NCBI GenBank assembly: GCA_048938895.1
Contig: JBHLLU010000053.1
Coordinates: 1,563 to 27,436 of the forward strand
Length of the DNA stretch: 25,874 bases
Direction: 5' to 3'
Origin: Promethearchaeota archaeon
GTDB lineage: Archaea; Asgardarchaeota; Lokiarchaeia; Sigyniarchaeales; SOKP01
Shown here in pieces: positions 8,180-17,822 of the stretch; the first letter of the stretch is position 1; each line of letters starts with the position of its first letter. The translations under genes and the position numbers were made by a program. The notes under the pieces are model-generated. The model was not told the DNA's origin. It worked only from the letters and a program-made list of their open reading frames with translations, and made no database searches.

Positions 8180-9703
8180 GTGCTTTTCTCTATTATGAAT
8201 AATTTTAGATACGGTTTTGACCAACTAACAGTAAAATTAGCATTGAAATTGGCTCGAGATCAAGTAAAAGGGATTATAACAGAAGAAGTAAAATCAAAAA
8301 TCGAGAAGAACTTTAGAGCTGTGCAATCAATAGTCAAGGGAGATCAATTAGTATATAGTATTAACACAGGGTTTGGATCTTTGTGTAGGACTCGAATTAC
8401 GCCAGAAGAAACGGGAAAATTACAGGAAAATCTTCTGAAAAGTCATAGTGTAGGGATAGGGTCCCCGATAGATCACGAGATTTCTAAGTTAATGTTAATT
8501 TTGAAATTACAGACTTTATCTAAAGGTTATTCAGGAATCTCAGTACAAGTAATAGAAAGGATTTGTTGGCATATAGATAATAATTATATTCCTTTGGTGC
8601 CTGAACAAGGTTCCGTTGGAGCCTCAGGAGATTTAGCACCATTAGCACATCTATTCCTCCCACTAATTGGATTGGGTTTTTTAAGCAGAGATGGAATAAA
8701 TTATACTGAAACAAAGAAGGTTTTAGAGGAATATAGCTTAAGTCCTTTAAGATTACATGCAAAAGAAGGACTAGCTTTAATTAATGGGACTCAATTTATG
8801 ACAGCTTATGCTGTTAAAATCGTGGAATTATTTTCAAGAGCTCTTGATCATGCTGATCTTATTAGTGCAATATCTCTTGAGGGATACCTTGCATCTCCAC
8901 AACCTTTCTCTAAAAAATTAATCGAACTTAGACCTCATAAAGGTAGTATAGAAGTTGCAGAAACAATTAGGGAGTATTTAAAAAATTCTCAACTAGTAGA
9001 ATCTCATAAAGATTGTGGGAGAGTACAAGATCCTTATTCCATGAGGTGTATTCCTCAAGTGCATGGAGCATCTAGAGATGCATTTTATCATCTAATTGAA
9101 AAAGTTGAGTGTGAATTGAATTCAATAACAGATAATCCTATTATTGTAAATGAGAAAGAAACCTATAGTGGAGGTAATTTTCATGGACAACCAGTTGCGC
9201 TCCCCTTAGATTATGTTGGTTTAGCGGCATCAGAAATAGGTAACATTTCTGATCGACGAATATTTTTATTATTGGAGGGAAAATGGGGATTACCTTTATA
9301 CTTAATTGAAGATGCTGGACTTAATTCCGGCTTTATGATTACTCAATACACTTCAGCTGCACTAGTTAGTGAAAATAAATCTCTCTGCTTTCCTGCAAGT
9401 GCTGATAGTATTCCTACCGGAGGAGGACAAGAAGATCATGTAAGTATGGGTCCAATTAGTGCAAGGAAAACACTTAAAATTATTCAAAACCTTGAAAAAA
9501 TTTTAGCTATTGAACTTCTTTGCGCAGCACAGGCATTTGATTTTAGAAGACCCTTAAAATCTGGAAATATTATTGAAGAATGTCATTATTATATTCGCAA
9601 TAAAATCCCTCATATTTATGAGGATACAATTTTATCTAAATATATTGATATTGCCTTAGGAATTATAAAAAGTAATGAGTTACTAAAAATTGCCCAAAAA
9701 TAA
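8180..9703 (+). CDS. hutH: Histidine ammonia-lyase
   Basis: INTGFG, LQENLLKSH, the MIO-forming GSVGASGDLAPLAH, KEGLALING, QDPYSMRC, GGNFHG and QEDHVSMG. An alternative start is the ATG at 8195. Confidence 0.97.
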   Translation: MLFSIMNNFRYGFDQLTVKLALKLARDQVKGIITEEVKSKIEKNFRAVQSIVKGDQLVYSINTGFGSLCRTRITPEETGKLQENLLKSHSVGIGSPIDHEISKLMLILKLQTLSKGYSGISVQVIERICWHIDNNYIPLVPEQGSVGASGDLAPLAHLFLPLIGLGFLSRDGINYTETKKVLEEYSLSPLRLHAKEGLALINGTQFMTAYAVKIVELFSRALDHADLISAISLEGYLASPQPFSKKLIELRPHKGSIEVAETIREYLKNSQLVESHKDCGRVQDPYSMRCIPQVHGASRDAFYHLIEKVECELNSITDNPIIVNEKETYSGGNFHGQPVALPLDYVGLAASEIGNISDRRIFLLLEGKWGLPLYLIEDAGLNSGFMITQYTSAALVSENKSLCFPASADSIPTGGGQEDHVSMGPISARKTLKIIQNLEKILAIELLCAAQAFDFRRPLKSGNIIEECHYYIRNKIPHIYEDTILSKYIDIALGIIKSNELLKIAQK

Positions 9704-9719
9704 TTAGAGTTGTATAATC

Positions 9720-11027
9720 TTGTTTGTGGCATCAACTTATGGGAAGAAAGAAATGTTTTCAGAGCAAGAACCAGATCTCGTAATTATCCATGCTAATGAA
9801 CTAGTAACAATGAATGCTACTTATGGTGCTCCGAGAAGGGGTGAACAAATGTCAGAACTAGCTATAATTAATGATGGAAGTGTCGCTGTTAAGGATGACA
9901 GAATTACTTTTGTAGGAAGTACTGAAGAATTAGAGTCGAAATATCAATTGGGAAAAATCCCCAGAAAGATTGATGCTTCAAATAAATTAGTCACACCTGG
10001 ATTTGTTGATCCTCATACTCACATCATATTTGATGGGACGAGAGAAGATGAGTTATTCATGAAACTCAAGGGAAAATCATATCTCGAAATCCTTAATGAA
10101 GGTGGAGGTATATTAAAAACCGTTCGAGAAACAAGGAACGCTTCATTAGAAAAGTTAGTCCAAAACGGGATAAGAATATTAAATCAAATGATGTTGCATG
10201 GAACAACTACCCTTGAAACGAAATCTGGATATGGCTTAACTACTGAAAGCGAAATGAAAATGCTTAGAGCCATAAAACTTCTTAACAAACAACATCCGAT
10301 AGATCTTGTTTCAACTTTTATGGGTGCTCATGCAATACCCCCTGAATTTGGTAGAAGAACAGATGAGTATGTTGATCTTATTATTTCAGAAATGATCCCA
10401 AATGTAGTTAAAAAAAACCTAGCAGAATTCTGTGATGTTTTTTGTGAAGAAGGGATTTTTTCAATAAAACAAACAAAGAAGATATTAAATACAGCTAAAA
10501 GATATGGATTGAAACCTCAAATTCATATCGATGAGATTGTAGATACAAATGGAGCTGCGTTAGCAGCAGAAATTAAAGCGATTCAAGTAGGACATTTATT
10601 AAAATCAAATTTAGAAGGATTAAAAGCGTTATCTGCATCAAATATTATCGCGACATTATTACCCGGAACTCCATTCTGTTTGATGTCGGATGATTATGCT
10701 CCTGCAAGAACAATGATAGATCTCGAAATCCCCATAGCTCTAGCAACAGATCTAAATCCTAATTGCTGGATTGAATCGATGCAAATGATTATCGCTCTTG
10801 CTTGTTATCGAATGCATCTTACACCAGCTGAAGCCTTAACAGCTTCGACAATAAACAGTGCGAGTGCTCTTCTAAGACAGGATGAAATTGGAAGTATAGA
10901 GGTTGGTAAAAAAGCAGATTTGGTTATTTTTAACGTTCCTAATCATAATTTTCTTTCATATAGACTTGGTATAAATTTAGTATCTAATGTAGTAAAAAAT
11001 GGTGAGATCGTGATTAATAACGATTAA
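9720..11027 (+). CDS. hutI: Imidazolonepropionase
   Basis: PGFVDPHTH, GGGILKTV, ETKSGYGL, TFMGAH, CDVFCEEG, HIDE and ALATDLNP. It follows hutUH. The real start may be the ATG at 9753. Confidence 0.95.
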   Translation: MFVASTYGKKEMFSEQEPDLVIIHANELVTMNATYGAPRRGEQMSELAIINDGSVAVKDDRITFVGSTEELESKYQLGKIPRKIDASNKLVTPGFVDPHTHIIFDGTREDELFMKLKGKSYLEILNEGGGILKTVRETRNASLEKLVQNGIRILNQMMLHGTTTLETKSGYGLTTESEMKMLRAIKLLNKQHPIDLVSTFMGAHAIPPEFGRRTDEYVDLIISEMIPNVVKKNLAEFCDVFCEEGIFSIKQTKKILNTAKRYGLKPQIHIDEIVDTNGAALAAEIKAIQVGHLLKSNLEGLKALSASNIIATLLPGTPFCLMSDDYAPARTMIDLEIPIALATDLNPNCWIESMQMIIALACYRMHLTPAEALTASTINSASALLRQDEIGSIEVGKKADLVIFNVPNHNFLSYRLGINLVSNVVKNGEIVINND

Positions 11028-11034
11028 AAATCTT

Positions 11035-11949
11035 TTAGAAATCGAAGTAATGTTCTAAAAGGTGTTTTTCTTCTAATTTTTGAGGATTTTCAAGTTGCAA
11101 ATAATATTCTAAAGAATTTAAAACCGCATCTAAAGGTAAAACGCCTACTAATTCTGTACCAATTATTGGTGCACCATACCGTGCAGCTTCAATTCTCACA
11201 AGTTCTACTTGTCTATATAAAGGAGTCTTCATGAAATTAATATTACTGATTCCTACTTGAACATAATCTTTATTAGCTAATTCTGTTCCCATAGCTTTTA
11301 TATTAACTAAACCACCGGAACGTAAATGGATAGCTTTTGCAACCTTTCTAGCTATATTTATATCTTTTGTCCCCAAATTGATATTAAAACTAATTAAGGG
11401 AGGTCTGGCACCCGTAATCATAGCACCCGCTGTTGGGTGAAGTTTAGATGGTCCAAAATCAGGCTTCCGTTCAGGATCACTCAATATCGCTTTTTTTAAT
11501 CCTTCAAACTCTCCTTTTCGAATATTATCAATATTTTTTCTTTCAAGATTTTTTGCAGATTCTTCATAGAGATATACTGGAATACCTTCTTGGGCTATAG
11601 TTTCTGCAAACTTGATAGATAATTCAATACATTCCTCCATAGAGACATTCTGAGCCGGAACGAAAGGTACGACATCTATTGCACCAATCCGTGGGTGCTG
11701 ACCTTTATGTTTATTCATATCTATTAAACTAATTGCTTTCTTTGCAGCAGCTACATTTGCTTTTAATACAGCATCAGGTGTGCCTACAAAGGTAATAACT
11801 GCCCTATTATAGTCAGAATCATACTGAATATCCACAATTCTAGTATTGGGTGTACCTTTTATCTCGGCAACTATTTCCTCTATTTTTTGTCCATCTCTTC
11901 CTTCAGAATAATTAGGAACAGACTCAATAATCTTCTTTCCTTTTCCCAT
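11035..11949 (-). CDS. ftcd: Glutamate formiminotransferase (stand-alone FT domain, no cyclodeaminase)
   Basis: IIESVPNYSEGRD, HKGQHPRIGAIDVVPFVP, PVYLYE, IRKGEFEGL, PDFGP, HPTAGA and GARPPLISFNINL. Confidence 0.95.
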   Translation of the reverse strand: MGKGKKIIESVPNYSEGRDGQKIEEIVAEIKGTPNTRIVDIQYDSDYNRAVITFVGTPDAVLKANVAAAKKAISLIDMNKHKGQHPRIGAIDVVPFVPAQNVSMEECIELSIKFAETIAQEGIPVYLYEESAKNLERKNIDNIRKGEFEGLKKAILSDPERKPDFGPSKLHPTAGAMITGARPPLISFNINLGTKDINIARKVAKAIHLRSGGLVNIKAMGTELANKDYVQVGISNINFMKTPLYRQVELVRIEAARYGAPIIGTELVGVLPLDAVLNSLEYYLQLENPQKLEEKHLLEHYFDF

Positions 11950-12016
11950 AAGAACATTCTACCTTAAAAAACAAGAGTTAATATTATATTTATGTAAAAC
12001 TACAATTAAATTTTAT

Positions 12017-13279
12017 CTATAAAGAGTAGACTTGTCTATCATAGGTTCTGTCAGTGAAAACATATATTTTATCTTTACCATTCCCAATGGCAACTTCATC
12101 CATTTTTAAGTCAATTTTAACTTTTTTTTCCCTTGTTCCTCGAGGAGTTTTTTTTACAAATTTATTATGATATTTGATTTCTAGTGCCTTTTGGTGTATA
12201 TAGGTGTCGGTTTTTTTTCCTATGATAATAATATCATCGTCTTTTGTAAGGTAACCATTATCTAAGGAGATAGAAGCGTATTTGGTATCTGGGTTATACT
12301 TATCTATTTGTCCGATTTTTATATAACGAAAATGAGATAAATTACTTGGAGATTTATGCTGATGATCTTCTTCTGTCATTCTTTTAAAATAAAAACCTGT
12401 TGTAAATCCTCTATTATAAACTCGTTTTAGTTCAGTTACCCACCAGCCTACTTTCTTTTTTGAAAATGTTCCATTATAATAAGCTTCAATTGCCTCCCGA
12501 TAAATTTTTGTTACAATCTCAACATAATGAGGATGTCTCATTCGTCCTTCAATCTTAAATGCATCAGCATTTGATTCAATTAGTTCTGGAATATAAGCTA
12601 TCGTGCATAAATCTCTTGAATTCATAAACCTCACTCCATCATAGATGTATTCATTGCCAGATTCCTCTCGGACCCACCATTTCCTCCTGCAAGGTTGCTC
12701 ACAATTACCTCTATTCGCTGATTTCTCTTCAGTTCCGCAAATATCTTGAGAAAAATAACATCTTCCACTAACAGATGTACACATTGCTCCATGAATAAAA
12801 ATTTCGATTTCAGTTGTTGTTAGATTGCGTTTAATTTCTTTAATTCTTTCCAGTGATAATTCTCTTGCTAATATGATACGTTCTGCTCCTAACCTTTCAT
12901 AAAATCTCGCTGATAAAGAATTCGAAACATTACATTGAGTTGATATATGGAATGGAATTTTATATTCCTTTGCTATTTCAATTGCAGCCAAATCATGAAC
13001 AATTAAAGCATCTACACTAGAATCTTTGCCTTCTTCTATGATCCTGCGTAAAAGATTCAGTTCATTATCGTATACTAAAATATTAGTTGTTAAATACGCT
13101 TTTAGACCTTTTTTATGACAAAAATCAACTATTTCATGAAGATTTTCTAAAGCAATATTTTCTGAACGCATTCTCATATTAAATTTTTTAATCCCAAAAT
13201 ATACTGAGTCGGCATACTTAGCAGCTGCTTTTATTGCTTTAAGATTTTTTGCTGGAGCTAGCAATTCTACTTTATCCAT
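12017..13279 (-). CDS. Peptidase U32 family Fe-S protein (TrhP/RlhA-like RNA hydroxylation factor)
   Basis: ELLAPA, ADSVYFG, HISTQ, ILAREL, the four-Cys motif HGAMC-x6-C...NRGNCEQPCR, and FKIEGRM. Confidence 0.9.
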   Translation of the reverse strand: MDKVELLAPAKNLKAIKAAAKYADSVYFGIKKFNMRMRSENIALENLHEIVDFCHKKGLKAYLTTNILVYDNELNLLRRIIEEGKDSSVDALIVHDLAAIEIAKEYKIPFHISTQCNVSNSLSARFYERLGAERIILARELSLERIKEIKRNLTTTEIEIFIHGAMCTSVSGRCYFSQDICGTEEKSANRGNCEQPCRRKWWVREESGNEYIYDGVRFMNSRDLCTIAYIPELIESNADAFKIEGRMRHPHYVEIVTKIYREAIEAYYNGTFSKKKVGWWVTELKRVYNRGFTTGFYFKRMTEEDHQHKSPSNLSHFRYIKIGQIDKYNPDTKYASISLDNGYLTKDDDIIIIGKKTDTYIHQKALEIKYHNKFVKKTPRGTREKKVKIDLKMDEVAIGNGKDKIYVFTDRTYDRQVYSL

Positions 13280-13429
13280 TATTCATTCACGTGTTTATAT
13301 TTTGATGCATTTCTAAGTAATCTATATTATATTAACAAATATATTCAAATTTCTACTTTTCTCTAAAAATTATTCATTAAGTCATTTTAAAAAGATTTAA
13401 GAAAAAGAAATAATTTTGAATTTTAATTT

Positions 13430-14482
13430 ATGAATGAAGTAGAGTCAAATAAGCTAGTTTTATTTCTAAAAAGAAGAAAACGTATTATAATTGGACTTGC
13501 TACGATTTTATTAATCATAATAATGATTTTTCTTGTTGATTTTAATGAAGTCTTCCAAAAAGTAAGATTAATTGGTTTTGTAGGTATGCTCCTATTTATA
13601 ATTAGTTATTCAATCGCATTTCTGTTTAGAAGTCTAAAATTAAAAATAATTTTTAAAGGAATAGATAAAGAAATAAAGTTTAGTACATCTTATTTCTCTA
13701 TTGGTGCCAGCTTTGTAATAAATGACTTTACACCGGGGAAATTAGGGGATGTAGCTAAAATTTTTATAATTAAAGATCAAGAAAAACTACTTTTAAGTGA
13801 TTCTGTTGCTGGAATTGCAATTGAGAGGATATTAGATCTAATTTTTCTATTTGTTATTAGTTTTGGTTCTTTAATTTTTCTTTATATAGGTAGTTTTGGG
13901 GGAACAGAAAATGTAGAGATTTTAGGACAGGATATTCAAATATATTTAATATTAGGCTCCATTATATTAGCGGGATTTTTAATAATTTTAATTCTTGCGT
14001 TATATAAAACAGAGAGTATCTTAAAAATTATTAATAGAATATCTTCAAAATTGGGAAATTATGCAGAAAGATTTTTATTAAATTTCAAAAGAGGTATGAG
14101 AAATTTTAGAAATCATAAAAGAGAGTTTTTCTATGTGATCATTTTAGGATTCCCTACTTGGATTTTTGATGCTTTAATTATTTCAATTTTTTTCTATATA
14201 TTAGATTATAATCTAAATGTATTCATATTGCTCCTAGCGATGATATTATTGTTTTTTAGTAAAACATTTCCCATAACACCTGGAGGATGGGGTATTTCTG
14301 AAAATATAGGAGCATTATTTGTTTTCATATTTTATCCAACAATCCCATATGCTGATATCTTATCAATTTTTATTATTGAACATGTGTTTAGAAGTTTATA
14401 TCTATTTTTTTATGGTGGATTTTCAATAATTCATTATAATGTTAAGATACAACATCCGAAATTAATTCAAGAAGAATTATAG
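13430..14482 (+). CDS. Lysylphosphatidylglycerol-synthase TM domain / UPF0104 flippase-like membrane protein
   Basis: Multiple TM helices with the family motifs NDFTPGKLGDVAK, ERILD and PITPGGWGISE. Confidence 0.88.
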   Translation: MNEVESNKLVLFLKRRKRIIIGLATILLIIIMIFLVDFNEVFQKVRLIGFVGMLLFIISYSIAFLFRSLKLKIIFKGIDKEIKFSTSYFSIGASFVINDFTPGKLGDVAKIFIIKDQEKLLLSDSVAGIAIERILDLIFLFVISFGSLIFLYIGSFGGTENVEILGQDIQIYLILGSIILAGFLIILILALYKTESILKIINRISSKLGNYAERFLLNFKRGMRNFRNHKREFFYVIILGFPTWIFDALIISIFFYILDYNLNVFILLLAMILLFFSKTFPITPGGWGISENIGALFVFIFYPTIPYADILSIFIIEHVFRSLYLFFYGGFSIIHYNVKIQHPKLIQEEL

Positions 14483-14521
14483 ATGGAAAAATTTATAAAA
14501 CTATTATTATGAGTTATAGTT

Positions 14522-15568
14522 ATGGCAGAAATAGAACTTAACAATAAAAGAACTTTCTTAGAGAGAGTTTTAAACAAAAAAGCGTTAATCTTGATATTTT
14601 TAGGTATTTTAATTCGAGTTGTTATGCTTATTTATTACTATTATACTCATATAATATATGCTAGTCGTTCATGGGGAGATGTAGGTTTAAATTTTAATCA
14701 GAGTATATATTATCCTCCTTTGGGGACATTCATACTTGATATATTTAGATTATTATCTTTTGAATCTATTGAAATATTTGCTTTTTGGGCATTTCTATGG
14801 GATTTAGGAGTTACTCTCATGTTCTATTATGTGTTAAAAAGTTTCAATATAAAAAATATTGAATATGCTTTTGGATTATTTTTAGTTAATCCATTCTTTT
14901 TTCTAAATAACTCTTTTAGTTTAGAAAATTGTGGTTATCATATAACAGACATGTTCTTTTTCTTTTTCTTGTTCATGGCATTGATATATTACCCGAAAGA
15001 AAAGAATTATGCAAAATATCTCTTTTATATCTTTTTAGGTTTATCAATGTGTACTAAATACTATACCTTACCCGTATTAGGTTTCTTATTTTTAAAATTA
15101 CTTTATGAAAAAGATTGGGAAGAAATGAAAGTGTTTTTTTTCGTGTTAGCAATCGTGTTATTGGTATTTTTGATTGTTCCGATGTTTGTTTTTGACCGAT
15201 ATTTAACAGAACTACTTGATTGGTATAATATTGGTGAAAAGTACCCTCTCTATATTAGAATTATACCATTTGCACTTATTGCTGTTTTATTTATTATTTT
15301 TAGATTAAAAGATACTAATACATTTGAGATAATTATCATATCTATCATAGCAATGGCCTCATTTATGTTTTTTAGCTACCCCTATCTTAGATGGTTTCAA
15401 TCTATCATATTTTATGGTATTCTAATAGAAAGAGATTTCTTTTCCTTTAACCTGAATTTAGGTATTATTGAGAGAGAAATTAAGATAAATAACCATACAA
15501 TTACTTTTTATTTATCATTTGTCGGAGTAATTTTAGCTTTTGGGTTTATCTTGTTAGGAATCGTTTGA
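14522..15568 (+). CDS. Polytopic GT-C fold glycosyltransferase-like protein (GT87/PIG-M-like)
   Basis: About 9-10 TM helices, an acidic loop motif (WGD) after TM1, then YPPL, WDL, LVNPF and GLSMCTKYY. It is flanked by flippase-like and GT2 genes. Confidence 0.6.
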   Translation: MAEIELNNKRTFLERVLNKKALILIFLGILIRVVMLIYYYYTHIIYASRSWGDVGLNFNQSIYYPPLGTFILDIFRLLSFESIEIFAFWAFLWDLGVTLMFYYVLKSFNIKNIEYAFGLFLVNPFFFLNNSFSLENCGYHITDMFFFFFLFMALIYYPKEKNYAKYLFYIFLGLSMCTKYYTLPVLGFLFLKLLYEKDWEEMKVFFFVLAIVLLVFLIVPMFVFDRYLTELLDWYNIGEKYPLYIRIIPFALIAVLFIIFRLKDTNTFEIIIISIIAMASFMFFSYPYLRWFQSIIFYGILIERDFFSFNLNLGIIEREIKINNHTITFYLSFVGVILAFGFILLGIV

Positions 15569-15579
15569 AACTATTGTCC

Positions 15580-16350
15580 TTACAAATTCAATCTTTTTAA
15601 TATAATCTTAAAAATTTTCTTAAAATGAAATTTATATACATTAAGAAGAAAGTCATACAATTTTGAATCAACAAAGAATCTATATTTCAGTAACACAAGG
15701 ACTCCTTCAATTCCATCTAATATGTTTATCTTTGCATAACCGAATTCACGGATATGATACATTATTGGTAATTCCTTGATTTGAAAACCGTTTAGAATAA
15801 TTTGAGCAGAAATTTCTGGCTCAAACTCAAATTCTCTAGCGGTGAGTCTCAATTTTTCTAAAATTTTCTTCGAAAAAACTTTATAACCTGTTTCCATGTC
15901 AGTTAATTGAACATTATAAATTAAATTAGTAAGTTTTGTTAAAAATCGATTGCCAATATAGTGTAATCTTGACATATTTTTCGGTTTGGTATAGAACCTA
16001 GAACCATATACTACATTTGCTTCATTTTTCAGTATAGGCTCAATTAGTTTTGGAATATCTGAAGGAGAATACTCAAGATCTGCATCCTGTATAATAAATA
16101 TATCCCCATCAGCATATTTTAATCCAATCCGAATTGCTACTCCCTTACCTTGATTCTTAGGTAATCTTATAAATTTTATCCTTTTGTTAATTATTTCATT
16201 AAAAATAATCTCTTTATGATTTTTTTTTGAACCATCATCAACTACAATAATTTCTCTGTCAATTGGAAAATTAACCTCAAAAAGCTTTTGAAGTAATAGC
16301 TTTATAGTATCTTCTTCGTTATAACAGGGAACAATTATGCTTAATTTCAA
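15580..16350 (-). CDS. Glycosyltransferase family 2 (polyprenol/dolichol-phosphate hexose synthase, DPM1-like)
   Basis: LSIIVPCYNEE, IIVVDDGS, NQGKGVA, IQDADLEY, VVYGSRF, TDMETGYK and FEFEPEI. Confidence 0.9.
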   Translation of the reverse strand: MKLSIIVPCYNEEDTIKLLLQKLFEVNFPIDREIIVVDDGSKKNHKEIIFNEIINKRIKFIRLPKNQGKGVAIRIGLKYADGDIFIIQDADLEYSPSDIPKLIEPILKNEANVVYGSRFYTKPKNMSRLHYIGNRFLTKLTNLIYNVQLTDMETGYKVFSKKILEKLRLTAREFEFEPEISAQIILNGFQIKELPIMYHIREFGYAKINILDGIEGVLVLLKYRFFVDSKLYDFLLNVYKFHFKKIFKIILKRLNL

Positions 16351-16469
16351 GATATTTCAAGTGAGTAACTTGTCTATAAATTTAGATAAGGTGTATAATA
16401 TTCTATTCTATTTATTGAGATATATTTTAAAAAAATTTAATCAATTTATTCTGCTTGTACTATTTTAAA

Positions 16470-17702
16470 TTACCCTCGTTTTGCTAGTTGAATACTACTC
16501 GGAATTATTAATGCATTAAGAGAATCACCAAATTTCTCTTGCAATTCTATAATTAGATCTTCCCAGTTGTTAAAGAGTTTTACTGATTTTGGAAACAAAT
16601 GATTTTTGTCATATTCATTGACATTCGGAGAAAAAAGGTACACTTTTCTTGGTTGGATGAAATACTCCCAAAATTTACTATCTCCTAGATTGTGATGCAA
16701 TTTTGATCCCGTTTCAGACACAAGACTGTGAAATCCTCTTCCTTCATAGGAAGAACTCATTATTACTATTGCACCATTTTTTTCCACAAGATCAGAGGGT
16801 GCAGTCCATAATATATTGAATGCTTTATATTGAGCTTGTTCTAACTCTGAATCTTCTGGAAAAGTATTGAAAAAACTAATCTGGTTGTTTTTAGTAACTT
16901 CTGTAGAATAAAATTGTAATCCAAATTTCATAGCTTCTCGATGAGCTTCAATAAAATGACCAGAGAATATCTTTGCTATTTTCCCTGTATCAGTAAAAAT
17001 AACATTAATAGAAAAATCTAAACCAACCTTAGCGGCTATATCTTCAATATCCCGTCTTGCATCAGTAATTATTCCAATTCCCCCTGTTCGACCTCTATGA
17101 TTCGCTTCGAGTGTTTCTATACCACATACACCGGGTAAGACAATTTTAGCACCCCCACCAAATCCTGCTAATGAATGTGGAATTACTCCCCCAATAGCTA
17201 TCTTTAAATCAGCATCTAGATAGGTTTTATTTACATATATTGGTGTCCCAATTTCTGATTTTCCAAGAAATTCCAAATTTATGAAGGGATGATGATTCTC
17301 AATTCTATATGTATTAACAATATTAACTCCCAATTTTAAAATGCAATCTTGTCTATTCATAGGTCTATGTGCTCCAAGAGCTAATAAAATTGTAATTTGA
17401 TCTTTTTTGATACCAGCTTTTTCTAATTCTTCAAGAACATCTGGTAAAATTTTTGAAATTCTTGTGGGTCTTGTCATATCATCAATAACAATAACTACTT
17501 TTTCTTTTCCTTTAGCTAAATCTACCAATTTTGAAGAACCAATAGGATTCAAAATTGAATCCTTAATTTCGCTTGCAGATAATTCATTTGCTTCAGCTCC
17601 ATTCATTTTGCATAATGTAATATTCCAAGTATCTGGGAATTCTAATTCAATAAATTCTGGTTCTCTCCATGCTGCCCAAGGAATTTTAAATATATTTGCC
17701 AT
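16470..17702 (-). CDS. larA: LarA-family nickel-pincer-dependent racemase/epimerase (substrate uncertain)
   Basis: IDDMTRPT, ALGAHR, PHSLAGFGGGAKIVLPG, NH and a later QYKA. The catalytic His/Lys positions of the family appear to be retained. Confidence 0.82.
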   Translation of the reverse strand: MANIFKIPWAAWREPEFIELEFPDTWNITLCKMNGAEANELSASEIKDSILNPIGSSKLVDLAKGKEKVVIVIDDMTRPTRISKILPDVLEELEKAGIKKDQITILLALGAHRPMNRQDCILKLGVNIVNTYRIENHHPFINLEFLGKSEIGTPIYVNKTYLDADLKIAIGGVIPHSLAGFGGGAKIVLPGVCGIETLEANHRGRTGGIGIITDARRDIEDIAAKVGLDFSINVIFTDTGKIAKIFSGHFIEAHREAMKFGLQFYSTEVTKNNQISFFNTFPEDSELEQAQYKAFNILWTAPSDLVEKNGAIVIMSSSYEGRGFHSLVSETGSKLHHNLGDSKFWEYFIQPRKVYLFSPNVNEYDKNHLFPKSVKLFNNWEDLIIELQEKFGDSLNALIIPSSIQLAKRG

Positions 17703-17822
17703 AATAACTCACTTTTGTTTGAGAAAACATGATAATATAAATCGATTGTGGTTTTTAATTAATATTTAAGTTTAGTATTATCTTTTTATCTATAAAAAGA
17801 ATAATTTTTAAAAAGAGAGTAC

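Noticed and set aside
7869-8762. Minus-strand ORFs 7869..8075 and 8520..8762
   Set aside because: They are shadows of hutU and hutH.
15566-15568. TGA stop of the GT-C gene as a possible selenocysteine readthrough
   Set aside because: It follows a final TM helix and runs into the convergent GT2 gene 11 bp later. There is no redox motif and no evident SECIS-like hairpin.
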